Origin: an uncultured Campylobacter sp.
GTDB taxonomy: Bacteria; Campylobacterota; Campylobacteria; Campylobacterales; Campylobacteraceae
Direction: 5' to 3'
Assembly: GCA_963518785.1 (NCBI GenBank)
Contig: CAUQKJ010000006.1
Location: 54,410-118,409, forward strand
DNA: 64,000 nt
Both the position numbers and the translations under genes were made by a program. The number at the start of each line of letters is the position of its first letter. Within the stretch, counting starts at the first letter, position 1. The notes under the pieces were generated by a model. It was given only the letters and a program-made list of their open reading frames with translations. It did no database searches and was not told the origin of the DNA. Positions 38,087 to 47,200 of this stretch are shown here, one piece after another.

Positions 38087-38593
38087 TTAACCGTCTTTTA
38101 GCGCTTCAGCTACGACCGTCCACTCTCTCACGAGCCTTTCAAAGCTAAAATTTGCGTTTGCAGGGCTCGTGGATGGCAGCTTGACGGGTTCTTTGCCGGT
38201 TGCGTTTAAAATTTGAGTTTTTAGGTATTTTTCGCAGATTTCATGCGCCTTACCGCCGTTTGCGAATACCTGCACGATGCGTGCGCCGCTAAAGATCGGT
38301 TCTAAATTTGCAGGCACGACGGCGGTCATTTTGGCGTCGCTCGAGCCCTTTATCTCGCAGCAGATCGCCGCGTCGTAGACGGCGATGCCGCGGGCGAGTA
38401 GGAATTTTATCTTTTCGTCCATGCTTGCAGGCGGCGGCGCGTTTAAAATTCGCGCCAGCACCCGCCAGAAGCGATTTTGCGGATTTGCGTAGTAAAAGCC
38501 AAATTTACGAGAAACGACGGAGGGAAAAGAGCCGAGGATTAAAATTTTAGAATTTTGATCGAAAATCGGCTTAAAAGGGTGAGTTTGGCTCAT
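38087..38593 (-). CDS. DNA-deoxyinosine (hypoxanthine) glycosylase, UDG family 6-like
   Basis: ILILGSFPSVVSRKFGFYYANPQNRFWRVL is the family-6 UDG/HDG N-terminal motif. 168 aa. Confidence 0.75.
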   Translation of the reverse strand: MSQTHPFKPIFDQNSKILILGSFPSVVSRKFGFYYANPQNRFWRVLARILNAPPPASMDEKIKFLLARGIAVYDAAICCEIKGSSDAKMTAVVPANLEPIFSGARIVQVFANGGKAHEICEKYLKTQILNATGKEPVKLPSTSPANANFSFERLVREWTVVAEALKDG

Positions 38594-38939
38594 TTTGCAC
38601 CCGCTTTGTATTCACCGAAAACGCCCGCCGGAGCACCATAAAGTTTATCTTTCATTTTCGCTTTATCTCTCGTAAATTTCGCAATTTCGCCCGCGAAGTA
38701 GCTTGGAGCTGAAATTGTGCGGCGGTAAAGATTTCGGCGCACTTGCTTGCTCTGATACGGCACGCGGTAAAAATTCTAATGAGCCTACCGTGGCGTGCGA
38801 TTTGGGTTTAAATTCCAACTTTTTAAACCTCGAAGCCGAACTTCGCAGCCAAATTTAACGCCTCGCAGCGGCAAAATTTTAACCCTTGCGGCAGTTAAAA
38901 TTCCGTCCGCCGCCGCAACTACCGCCGAAACGCTACGCG

Positions 38940-40151
38940 CTAAATTTTAGGTACCGAGATTACGCGCACGAGCTCGCCTTTTTTGAGCTCTTTGACCTCT
39001 AGCGGCGCGACGAGCAGGACGCTATCGTCGTCTAAATTGTTCAAAATCGCGCTGGAACCCTGCTTTTTGCTTTGTAGGCTAACAAAAAGCCGCCCCTCAC
39101 TGTTTTGCAAAACGGCGGGCATAAACTCCAGCCACGGCGTTTTTTTTACGTAGTCGTGATCTAAGATCGCACTAAATTCTGTATTTTCGTGCACACCGAA
39201 GGATCTTTGCAAATATACGCGCAGAAACAAAATGCACGTAATAAGCGCCGAGAGCGGGAAGCCGGGGAACGCAAAGATATATTTTTCGCCGGTTTTAGCT
39301 ACGCGCACGTGGCGGCCCGGTTTGATCGCCGCACCCTTTACGATGAGCTCAAATTTTGATTGTAGCGTGCTTTGCACGAAGTCGTAGTCCCCGACGCTCA
39401 CTCCGCCGCTAGTTAGAAGTATGTCCGCACTCTGTAAAGCCGATAGGATCGCGCCTTCTAGCTCTTTTTCGTCGTCGCGTACTAGAGGCATTATCATCGC
39501 TTCGCAGCCTAGTTGCGTTACTAAATTTGCAAGCGCGATGTGGTTGGAGCTGTAAATTTGAGCATCGTTTTCGAGCTTTTCGCCCAGATCCTTGATTTCG
39601 CTACCGGTGGCAAGGATCGCTACTTTTGGGCGGACGAATACGCTTATGTGAAATAGCCCTAGCTCGGCTAGCAGCGCGATCTGCGAAAAGCCGAGCTTCG
39701 TGCCGCTACGAAGTAAAAGCTCGCCCTCGCGGTAGCTCTCGCCCGCCGCGCGTACGGCAAAGCCCACTGCGACAGGCTTTGCGACGATAATTTCGCCGCC
39801 TTGCACCTGCACGTTTTCAATCGGCAGAAGCGTGTCGCTACCCTCGCACATGAGCCCGCCCGTAAAGGTTTTGACGCACTCGCCCGCCTTTGCCGCGGCG
39901 CCAGGCATCTTGCCTGCAGGTGTCGTGCCGACGATCTTAAATTTCGCTCCCTCGCTCAGATCCGCGCCATTTAGCGCGTAGCCGTCCATCGCGGCGGTCG
40001 GGTGGCGCGGAGTGCTAAAAGGCGCCGCGACGTCGCTTGCCAAAATACGCCCCAGCGCCTGCGTGATCGCGACCTTTTCGATGCGCGAGGACTTTTGCAC
40101 CGTGTTTGCGAAGCGCTCCATCGCGCTTTCAAATTTTTCAAATTCCATCAT
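38940..40151 (-). CDS. moeA: Molybdopterin molybdotransferase MoeA
   Basis: 403 aa. ...PRHPTAAMDGYAL..., the central MoCF-binding domain GSEI...SGGVSVGDYD, and a C-terminal beta domain. Confidence 0.9.
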   Translation of the reverse strand: MMEFEKFESAMERFANTVQKSSRIEKVAITQALGRILASDVAAPFSTPRHPTAAMDGYALNGADLSEGAKFKIVGTTPAGKMPGAAAKAGECVKTFTGGLMCEGSDTLLPIENVQVQGGEIIVAKPVAVGFAVRAAGESYREGELLLRSGTKLGFSQIALLAELGLFHISVFVRPKVAILATGSEIKDLGEKLENDAQIYSSNHIALANLVTQLGCEAMIMPLVRDDEKELEGAILSALQSADILLTSGGVSVGDYDFVQSTLQSKFELIVKGAAIKPGRHVRVAKTGEKYIFAFPGFPLSALITCILFLRVYLQRSFGVHENTEFSAILDHDYVKKTPWLEFMPAVLQNSEGRLFVSLQSKKQGSSAILNNLDDDSVLLVAPLEVKELKKGELVRVISVPKI

Positions 40152-41446
40152 TTGCCTCCTACGATTTTATAAATTTGATCTTCATTTATCAGTTTCGAGT
40201 TAAATTTCACAACGAGTTCGCCATCGGTCTCATAAATTTCAATAATGCCCTTTACGCCCTGTAGTGCGGAAAAATCGCCGCCTTTAGGAAAGTATAAATT
40301 CTTAAAAAGTTTTGGATCGCTCAGCCTAGAAAGTAGCACAAGCCAGATCACACCCAAAACCGCGACGCCAATGCCTAGCGCTTCAATGCCGATTTTGCCA
40401 AAAAGTGCGCCGCCGCATAGCCCGCCCAAAAAACTGCCAAAAAATCCGAACGAATTAAAAATCCCAAGCGCGGCGCCTTTTTGAGCGACTTTGGCAAATT
40501 TGGACGCAAGGCTTTGCATAATGGGCTCATGCGCGTTAAATCCCACGAAAAAGAGCATCACACCCACTACGAAAGCGCTCGCCCCGCTAGCAAACGCAAA
40601 AATCAAATACGAAGCGATGAAAAAGCAAATGCCGATAAGTAGAATTTGCTTAGCTAGCGCGCGCTTTTCACCTAAAGCGCCGCTCGCACCCATCGCAGTA
40701 AAGCCAAAGACCGCGCCTAGAGCATAAATTTTAGTCAAATCACTTTTAGAAAGTCCGAATTTTTGCACGAGCAAAATTGGAATTAGAAAAAACGCCGCCG
40801 TCATGAAAGCTTTTTGAAAAAAATTCGTTAAATTCATAAGCATTAAATTTTTATCACTTAAAAGTGAGCCGAGTGGGACCTTTTGGCGCAGGGAGCGGAT
40901 ATGCGGTTCGGTAGGTACTACGAAAAAAAGTAGTACTAAACATAAAAGCGTAAGCGCCGAACTTAGATGAAATAGGCTGGCAAGTCCAAATTTGGCGCTT
41001 AAAAGCGGACTTAAAATCATTGCGACACCAAAGCTCACGCCTATCATCGCGCCCATTACCGCCATTGCCTTGCCACGCTCTTCCTCTCGCGTAAAATCGC
41101 TAATTAGTGCGGTAGCTACGGCTCCTACAGCACCGCAGCCTTGCAAAAAGCGCCCAAAAATCATCGTATAAATGCTCTCGCTCGCCGCGCAAACGCAAGC
41201 ACCCACGATAAAAAGCGCCAGCCCTATAGCAAGGGTTTTTTTACGTCCGATCTTATCGCTTAACACTCCAAATGGCGTTTGCAAAATCACTTGCATAATC
41301 GCATAAATTCCAAAAAGTAGCCCTACTAGGCTTTCGTTTGCGCCGTGCAAGCTCAATGAATACAGGCTAAGCACGGGCAGCAAAATAAATAATCCAAAAA
41401 ACCTCGTAGCGATGATAAAACTAAGCGGAAGGACGCTTTTTAGCAT
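40148..41446 (-). CDS. MFS transporter
   Basis: 12 TM helices. MFS signature GVLSDKIGRKKT. Start set at the ATG at 41446 (GAGG upstream). 4-nt overlap with moeA. Confidence 0.8.
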   Translation of the reverse strand: MLKSVLPLSFIIATRFFGLFILLPVLSLYSLSLHGANESLVGLLFGIYAIMQVILQTPFGVLSDKIGRKKTLAIGLALFIVGACVCAASESIYTMIFGRFLQGCGAVGAVATALISDFTREEERGKAMAVMGAMIGVSFGVAMILSPLLSAKFGLASLFHLSSALTLLCLVLLFFVVPTEPHIRSLRQKVPLGSLLSDKNLMLMNLTNFFQKAFMTAAFFLIPILLVQKFGLSKSDLTKIYALGAVFGFTAMGASGALGEKRALAKQILLIGICFFIASYLIFAFASGASAFVVGVMLFFVGFNAHEPIMQSLASKFAKVAQKGAALGIFNSFGFFGSFLGGLCGGALFGKIGIEALGIGVAVLGVIWLVLLSRLSDPKLFKNLYFPKGGDFSALQGVKGIIEIYETDGELVVKFNSKLINEDQIYKIVGGK

Positions 41447-41551
41447 AATCTTAGACCTCAAATAATATGAAATTTGTGCCGATTATAGCCAAAAATCGTA
41501 ACGAATTCTTTGATTTTGGGTAAAATAGCGGCTTAAATTTAAGGAGTGAGG

Positions 41552-42181
41552 ATGAAAATTTTACTTGCGACGAGCAACAAAAATAAAGTAAAAGAGATAA
41601 AAGAATTTTTCACGGAATACGACGTGTGTGCGCTCGGCGAGGTGCTGGATCCTTTTGAGATAGACGAGTGCGGCACGAGCTTCAAACAAAACGCGCTTAT
41701 TAAAGTTCGCGCAGTGTATGAGGCGCTAAAAAGTAAAAATTTGCAGAGTGAATTTTTCGTGCTAAGCGATGATAGCGGTATCTGCGTGGATGCGCTGGGC
41801 GGGGCTCCTGGGATATTTTCGGCGCGCTTTAGCGGAGCGGGTGCAACGGATGCGAGCAATCGTGAGAAATTAGCAAGGAAGCTGAGGGCTTTAAGCTTAG
41901 ACTCCTCGCCCGCGCATTATACGGCGGCGATCGCGCTAAAATGCGATCTGGGCGAGTTTTCTACGCATGGTTTTATGCACGGCACGGCGATAACGAAGCA
42001 GCGGGGGCAAAACGGCTTCGGATACGATTTTATGTTTATTCCGCGCGGATTTGACCGCACGATCGGGGAGCTGCCCGCTGCGGTGAAATTTGAAATTTCG
42101 CACCGCACGAAGGGGCTAGCGCTGATGCGAATTTTATTAAAAAATTTAGAAAAACAGATGAGACTTGCTAAATTTTATTAA
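41552..42181 (+). CDS. rdgB: Non-canonical purine NTP pyrophosphatase (RdgB/HAM1 family)
   Basis: MKILLATSNKNKVKEIKEFF, DDSGICVDALGGAPGIFSARF, GFGYDFMFIP and ISHR. Start set at the ATG after AAGGAG. Confidence 0.9.
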   Translation: MKILLATSNKNKVKEIKEFFTEYDVCALGEVLDPFEIDECGTSFKQNALIKVRAVYEALKSKNLQSEFFVLSDDSGICVDALGGAPGIFSARFSGAGATDASNREKLARKLRALSLDSSPAHYTAAIALKCDLGEFSTHGFMHGTAITKQRGQNGFGYDFMFIPRGFDRTIGELPAAVKFEISHRTKGLALMRILLKNLEKQMRLAKFY

Positions 42182-42220
42182 ATTTAGAGCCACAAAAAGC
42201 GGAATTTAAGAAAAAATATA

Positions 42221-42226
42221 TATAAT
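42221..42226 (+). promoter_or_regulatory. Candidate -10 box TATAAT for the tRNA cluster
   Basis: aaaaaatataTATAATacg, 30 nt upstream of the tRNA-Pro 5' end, with an A/T-rich upstream tract. Confidence 0.4.
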
Positions 42227-42255
42227 ACGCTTTTCATTCAATCCACGAAAATCTT

Positions 42256-42332
<77 letters not shown>

Positions 42333-42336
42333 TTGT

Positions 42337-42414
42337 GGTGAGTTTAGCTCAGTAGGTTAGAGTATCAGATTGTGGTCCTGAGGGTCGTGGGTTCGATTCC
42401 CACAACTCACCCCA
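42337..42414 (+). tRNA. tRNA-His (anticodon GTG)
   Basis: Extra G-1 pairs with C73. Acceptor GTGAGTT/AACTCAC. Anticodon loop TTGTGGT. TTCGATT T-loop. CCA encoded. Confidence 0.9.
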
Positions 42415-42420
42415 CTTTAT

Positions 42421-42497
42421 GCGCTCGTAGCTCAATTGGATAGAGCAACAGACTTCGGATCTGTAGGTTGAAGGTTCGACTCCTTTCGAGCGTACCA
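42421..42497 (+). tRNA. tRNA-Arg (anticodon TCG)
   Basis: Acceptor GCGCTCG/CGAGCGT. Anticodon stem ACAGA/TCTGT with loop CTTCGGA. CCA encoded. Confidence 0.9.
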
Positions 42498-42512
42498 CTG
42501 ATTCGATAATTT

Positions 42513-42589
42513 GCGCTCATAGCTCAGTAGGATAGAGCAACGGCCTTCTAAGCCGTAGGTCAGAGGTTCGAATCCTCTTGGGCGTACCA
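42513..42589 (+). tRNA. tRNA-Arg (anticodon TCT)
   Basis: Anticodon stem ACGGC/GCCGT with loop CTTCTAA. TTCGAAT T-loop. CCA encoded. Confidence 0.9.
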
Positions 42590-42638
42590 TATTAAGCTCA
42601 TATTAAGAGCTTTTTGGCTAATATGCGCTTTCTTTTTT

Positions 42639-42723
42639 GCGGATGTGGTGAAATTGGCAGACACACCAGACTTAGGATCTGGCGCCTCACGGCATGAAGG
42701 TTCAAGTCCTTTCATCCGCACCA
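42639..42723 (+). tRNA. tRNA-Leu (anticodon TAG)
   Basis: Class II tRNA with a long variable arm. Anticodon stem CCAGA/TCTGG with loop CTTAGGA. CCA encoded. Confidence 0.9.
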
Positions 42724-42737
42724 TCCATTCTACGCGT

Positions 42738-42812
42738 TCCGGATTAGCTCAGCGGTAGAGTAGGCGGCTGTTAACCGCTTGGTCGCTGGTTCGAATCCAG
42801 CATCCGGAGCCA
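42738..42812 (+). tRNA. tRNA-Asn (anticodon GTT)
   Basis: Acceptor TCCGGAT/ATCCGGA. Anticodon loop CTGTTAA. TTCGAAT T-loop. CCA encoded. Confidence 0.9.
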
Positions 42813-43013
42813 TATATACTCAAAAACTCCTTTAGACCCCTGATTTTATCGATATTTAAAGAGCTTTAAGTTTTCTTGGTTTTATAAAAATTTATTCCAG
42901 AGATTTTTTAATATTCTAATTTTTCGTTATGCTTTCTAAGCCAATCTAGAATACCTTTTATAAAATTTAAAATTCTCATTTTGTAAATAAATTTGATAAA
43001 ATTTAGCCGTTTC

Positions 43014-43027
43014 TTGATGACGATCAA
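43014..43027. promoter_or_regulatory. Perfect Crp/Fnr-family box TTGAT-GACG-ATCAA upstream of hcp
   Basis: Read directly. Its centre lies about 66 nt upstream of the hcp ATG, in an AT-rich leader. Confidence 0.6.
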
Positions 43028-43086
43028 GCCGTTATTATAAATAAAATCTTAAAATTACCAACTAAATTTTTTATAAAGGATTTTCT

Positions 43087-44415
43087 ATGAGCGACAATCT
43101 AGAGATGTTCTGTCATCAGTGCCAAATGAGCGTACCCGAGGGCTGCGGCGCAAAGGGCCAAAGCAAAGGCACCTGCGGCAAAACCTCGACGCTAGCGTTA
43201 CTTCAGGACACTATGGTTTTCGGGCTTAAGGGGCTTAGCGCCTACCGCCACCACGCGCACGAGCTCGGCGCCGATACTAGCGCGGTCGATACCGTTATGG
43301 CGGATACGCTATATTTCACGCTGACGAACTCAAATTTTAACTTTGACGAGCATATCGCGCAGCTGATGGCCGTCGGAGGCGCGGGCGTGCAGATGATGGA
43401 TATTTTAAGCGAGGCGCATACCGCAAAATTTGGCGTGCCGACCCCGGTTAAAGTTAGCCAAAACAAGGTCGAGGGCAAGGCGATTTTGGTCAGCGGACAC
43501 AACCTTCACGCTCTTGAGGCGCTGCTAAAAGCGACCGAGGGCAAGGGCATCAATATCTACACCCATTCAGAGATGCTTCCTGCGCACGGCTATCCGCAGC
43601 TTCGCAAGTATCCGCACCTAAAGGGCAACGTCGGCAAGGCATGGTTCGATCAGACCAAGCTTTTTAGCGAATTTAAGGGCGCGATTTTGATGACCACGAA
43701 CTGCATCGTGCCGCTTCGCTCGTCCTGTAGCTACGCAGACAGGCTGTTTGGCTACTCTATCGCGGGCACGGACGGCGTCAAACATATCCAAAACGACGAT
43801 TTTACGCCGCTTATCAAGTGCGCGCTTGCGTGCGGCGACGTGAGTATGGACAGCGACGAGAGCTTGGTGACGGGCGGACACTACAAGACGATTTTGAGCC
43901 TTGCGCCGCAAATTTTAGACGCGATCAAATCTGGCAAAATCCGCCGCTTTTTCGTCATCGCAGGCTGCGACGCGCCGGGCAAAGGACGCGAGTATTACCG
44001 CGAGCTAGCGCTTAGCCTACCTAAGGACTGCGTGATTTTGACCTCGAGCTGCGGTAAATTCCGCTTCAACGACGTGGATTTCGGAAACGTGCCAGACACC
44101 GAGCTTCCGCGCTATATCGATCTAGGCCAGTGCAACGACAGCAACGGCGCGGTCAAGATCGCCCTAGCGCTTAGCGAGGCTACGGGCATCGCGGTAAACG
44201 ACCTGCCGGTCTCGATCGTGCTGATGTGGATGGAGCAAAAGGCGGTCATCATCCTGCTTGCGCTGCTTAGTCTGGGCGTTAAGAATATCAACGTAGGCCC
44301 TACGGTGCCTGAGTTTTTCAACGACGAAATTTTGGGCTTCTTGGTGCAAAATTTCGGCCTTCGCCTAATCAGCGGCGACGCGCAGGCGGATCTGAAATAC
44401 TTCCTCGGCGAATAA
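43087..44415 (+). CDS. hcp: Hybrid cluster protein (hydroxylamine reductase), short form
   Basis: N-terminal Cys cluster MFCHQCQ...GCG...GTCGK, plus GHNLHALEALL, MTTNC, AGCD and GQCNDS hybrid-cluster ligand regions. At 442 aa it is shorter than the roughly 550-aa common form. Confidence 0.85.
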   Translation: MSDNLEMFCHQCQMSVPEGCGAKGQSKGTCGKTSTLALLQDTMVFGLKGLSAYRHHAHELGADTSAVDTVMADTLYFTLTNSNFNFDEHIAQLMAVGGAGVQMMDILSEAHTAKFGVPTPVKVSQNKVEGKAILVSGHNLHALEALLKATEGKGINIYTHSEMLPAHGYPQLRKYPHLKGNVGKAWFDQTKLFSEFKGAILMTTNCIVPLRSSCSYADRLFGYSIAGTDGVKHIQNDDFTPLIKCALACGDVSMDSDESLVTGGHYKTILSLAPQILDAIKSGKIRRFFVIAGCDAPGKGREYYRELALSLPKDCVILTSSCGKFRFNDVDFGNVPDTELPRYIDLGQCNDSNGAVKIALALSEATGIAVNDLPVSIVLMWMEQKAVIILLALLSLGVKNINVGPTVPEFFNDEILGFLVQNFGLRLISGDAQADLKYFLGE

Positions 44416-45292
44416 ATTTCATAGCGAGGCAAATCGGGTAAATTTTGAATTCGGCAAAGCTCCGTTTTAAATTTACCCTTTATATAGCGCTTTTAGCGGA
44501 GCTAGCCGATCTACTCCGCGGCTATTTTGCGCCGACGCTTATATTTAAATTTCACGAGTATACATTCCTTCTTGTTTTAAATTTTAAAATTCTATAATCT
44601 CGCCAAATGATTAGAAAAATTTAATTAAGTGCTTTTTTTACACATTCAAATTCCAATCGTCTTTGCTATTAAATCCTTCTTTTTCTGTGTAAGTATTTAT
44701 CTTATCCGTATCGCTGCCGCTCGTAGTAACCGCTATAGTGTAGCCGTCTTGATACCACATATCGCAAAAATTTTCCGTATTATCTCATTTTTCACTATCA
44801 GATATTGCAATTTAGTGCCGTTAATTTTATATCCATCTTTATTTAATTCTTCAAGCATCCTCTATAATAATCGCTAAAATTTTAAATAAATATAGGATTT
44901 AAATACTGATTTTAATCTAAATTTTGAGAATACTTTATAAATGCACGGCTTGTGGGAATAAAATTTTAAGCAGATTTCGTACGAAATTTCAAAATGCAGC
45001 TCAAGCTCTTAAGCAGATAAATTCGCTGTAGCCTTGCGTTTATAATTCCGTGCTAGTGATAATTTTCGCATCTTTACTTCGGTGCAAATTTTAAAATTCT
45101 ATGCAGAAGATAAAATTATAAGCCCGTGCAATGCATGAATTCTAAAATTCCATGCCCCACACGACACATAAATTTTGAAATTTTAAAATTTCACGCCGCA
45201 GATAAAATTTAAGAATTTCCTTTTGCAGTAAAATTTTAAAGCTCTACCACAAATCCTCTGTCCGCGCGGCGAGTTCCAAATCCGTCTAGAAC

Positions 45293-46126
45293 TTAGATTT
45301 TCCTCACTAGCTCAGGAATTATCGCTTCGAAATCGACCCCTTCGTATCCGTTGCGCTCCTCGTCGCTCATCGTCTCTTTGATAGTGCTGACGACGAAATC
45401 CGCAGCGATGCGAACCGCGGTTTCCAGCGACTTGCCGCGCATTATTGCGCCGAAGGCTACGGCGGCGAAAATATCGCCGGTACCGTTAAATTTAACCGGC
45501 AGCAGCTCGTGAAAATACTCGTTCGTCCTGCCCGTGCGCGCATCGTAGCTGAAAACCCCGCACTGATCGGCGATGTAGCCGATGCCTTTTAAAATAACCT
45601 GCCTAGCGCCCAGCTCTCTAAGGCGCGCAAGTAGATCCATTATGAAATCCCTATCCGCGTCCTCTCGGTACGGCACGCCTGTAATCGCGCAGGCCTCGGT
45701 GATATTGGGCGTAATGACGTCGGCTTGAGCGCACAGAAGCGCCATCATGCGTGCAAAATCCTCGTTAAAGCCAGGATAAAATACGCCGTTATCTCCCATA
45801 CAAGGATCGACCAAAATGGTCTTACCCGCGCCGCCGAAGCTCGCAAATAGCTCGCTCATAATCTCGATCTGTGCCGCCGAGCCCAAAAAGCCCGTGTAGA
45901 TGCCGTCAAATACCACTCCGCGGTCTTTCCAATGCGCCATGATCGCGCGTATTTGAGAGCTTAGATCGCAAAAGGTGTAGCCCGAAAAGCCCGTATGCAT
46001 CGATAAAACCGCCGTAGGGATCACGCTCGTGCTCATCCCCATCGCGCTTAGTATCGGCAAAGCGACGGTTAGCGAAACCTTGCCCACGCAGGATATATCT
46101 TGAACGGTAAGAACTTTTTTCATCAC
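45293..46126 (-). CDS. pdxK: Pyridoxal/pyridoxamine kinase (ribokinase superfamily)
   Basis: MKKVLTVQDISCVGKVSLTVALPILSAMG N-terminus and the GTGDIFAA anion-hole motif. Confidence 0.8.
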   Translation of the reverse strand: MMKKVLTVQDISCVGKVSLTVALPILSAMGMSTSVIPTAVLSMHTGFSGYTFCDLSSQIRAIMAHWKDRGVVFDGIYTGFLGSAAQIEIMSELFASFGGAGKTILVDPCMGDNGVFYPGFNEDFARMMALLCAQADVITPNITEACAITGVPYREDADRDFIMDLLARLRELGARQVILKGIGYIADQCGVFSYDARTGRTNEYFHELLPVKFNGTGDIFAAVAFGAIMRGKSLETAVRIAADFVVSTIKETMSDEERNGYEGVDFEAIIPELVRKI

Positions 46127-46297
46127 AATTCCTAAAATTTTTGGCTCTATTTTACCGCTATTTATATTAAAAAGGCGAATTTAAATAAAATTTACTCTAC
46201 GAATAGTCTAAATTTATATTATTTTTGGCGTTTTTCCGCTAAATTTTATCTCGGGTCCGCCGTAAATTCGGCTCTAAAAATCAACAAAAGGCAAAAA

Positions 46298-47200
46298 ATG
46301 ATAACCGTAAAGGCTCTTTACGCATCAGCTCGCCTTAGATCGCTACCTCTTAGCGTCTCGGGCGTACTACTCGGCAGCGGCGCAGCATACGGCGCGGGCG
46401 TATTTAGAGCGGATATTTTCGCACTGGCGCTGCTTACGACGCTGCTGTTTCAGGTGCTAAGCGACTACGCCAACGACTACGGTGACGCGGTAAAGGGCAC
46501 CGACGATGATGGCAGACTAGGGCCGCGCCGCGCGATCCAAACGGGGCAGATGAGCGCCGAGCAGATGAAGCGCGTCATCGTCATTACGGCGCTGCTTTCG
46601 GCACTTTGCAGCCTCGCGCTAAGCGTTTTGGCGTTTGGCGAGCGGTTTTATCTCGTGCTGCTATTTTTAGCGCTGGGCGGCGCGTCGATATACGCGGCGA
46701 TCCGCTACACCGTAGGAGCCGGCGCATACGGCTATAAAGGGCTCGGCGACGTTTTCGTGTTTTTATTTTTTGGGCTTTTGAGCGTGCTGGGCTCGTATTT
46801 TTTATATGCCCGCTCGCTAGATGCGGCGCTGCTGCTGCCTGCGTGCGCGTGCGGGATGCTAAGCACCGCCGTGCTAAATCTAAACAACATGCGCGACATC
46901 CAAAACGACGCGCTCAAGGGCAAGCGCACGATCCCCGTTCGTATCGGACTGCGCGCAGCCAAACGCTACCACTACGCGCTGATCGCGGGCGGAGCGGGCC
47001 TGATGCTATACTACTCGCTTTTACGCGGCGAGCCGGGCGTAAAACTACTCTACGTAGTTAGCTTTGCGCCGCTTATTAGGCACCTATTTTTCGTTTCGCG
47101 GGTGCAGGAGTGCCGCGATTTCGACGGACAGCTAAAGGTCGTCGCGCTCAGCACGTTTGCGATGTCGGCGCTGTTTTTCGTCGGGGAAATTTTAGGCTAA
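46298..47200 (+). CDS. menA: UbiA-family prenyltransferase, 1,4-dihydroxy-2-naphthoate polyprenyltransferase-like
   Basis: NDYGDAVKGTDD and NNMRDIQNDALKGKRT Asp-rich motifs, about 8-9 TM helices, 300 aa. Confidence 0.8.
   Translation: MITVKALYASARLRSLPLSVSGVLLGSGAAYGAGVFRADIFALALLTTLLFQVLSDYANDYGDAVKGTDDDGRLGPRRAIQTGQMSAEQMKRVIVITALLSALCSLALSVLAFGERFYLVLLFLALGGASIYAAIRYTVGAGAYGYKGLGDVFVFLFFGLLSVLGSYFLYARSLDAALLLPACACGMLSTAVLNLNNMRDIQNDALKGKRTIPVRIGLRAAKRYHYALIAGGAGLMLYYSLLRGEPGVKLLYVVSFAPLIRHLFFVSRVQECRDFDGQLKVVALSTFAMSALFFVGEILG

Noticed and set aside
38594-38939. Possible small gene upstream of the glycosylase gene (MKDKLYGAPAGVFGEYKAGAK, overlapping ATGA with the glycosylase start)
   Set aside because: It is only 21 codons with no recognisable family. 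It could be a remnant or leader peptide, but the evidence is insufficient to call.
42813-43086. Integrated mobile element at the tRNA-Asn 3' end
   Set aside because: The stretch is AT-rich, but it is only about 270 nt. There is no integrase, no tRNA 3'-end direct repeat was seen, and it serves plausibly as the hcp promoter/leader.
44629-44877. Plus-strand 82-aa ORF MLFLHIQIPIVFAIKSFFF...
   Set aside because: It is a hydrophobic low-complexity reading of AT-rich DNA. The opposite strand carries more protein-like, though frameshifted, fragments.
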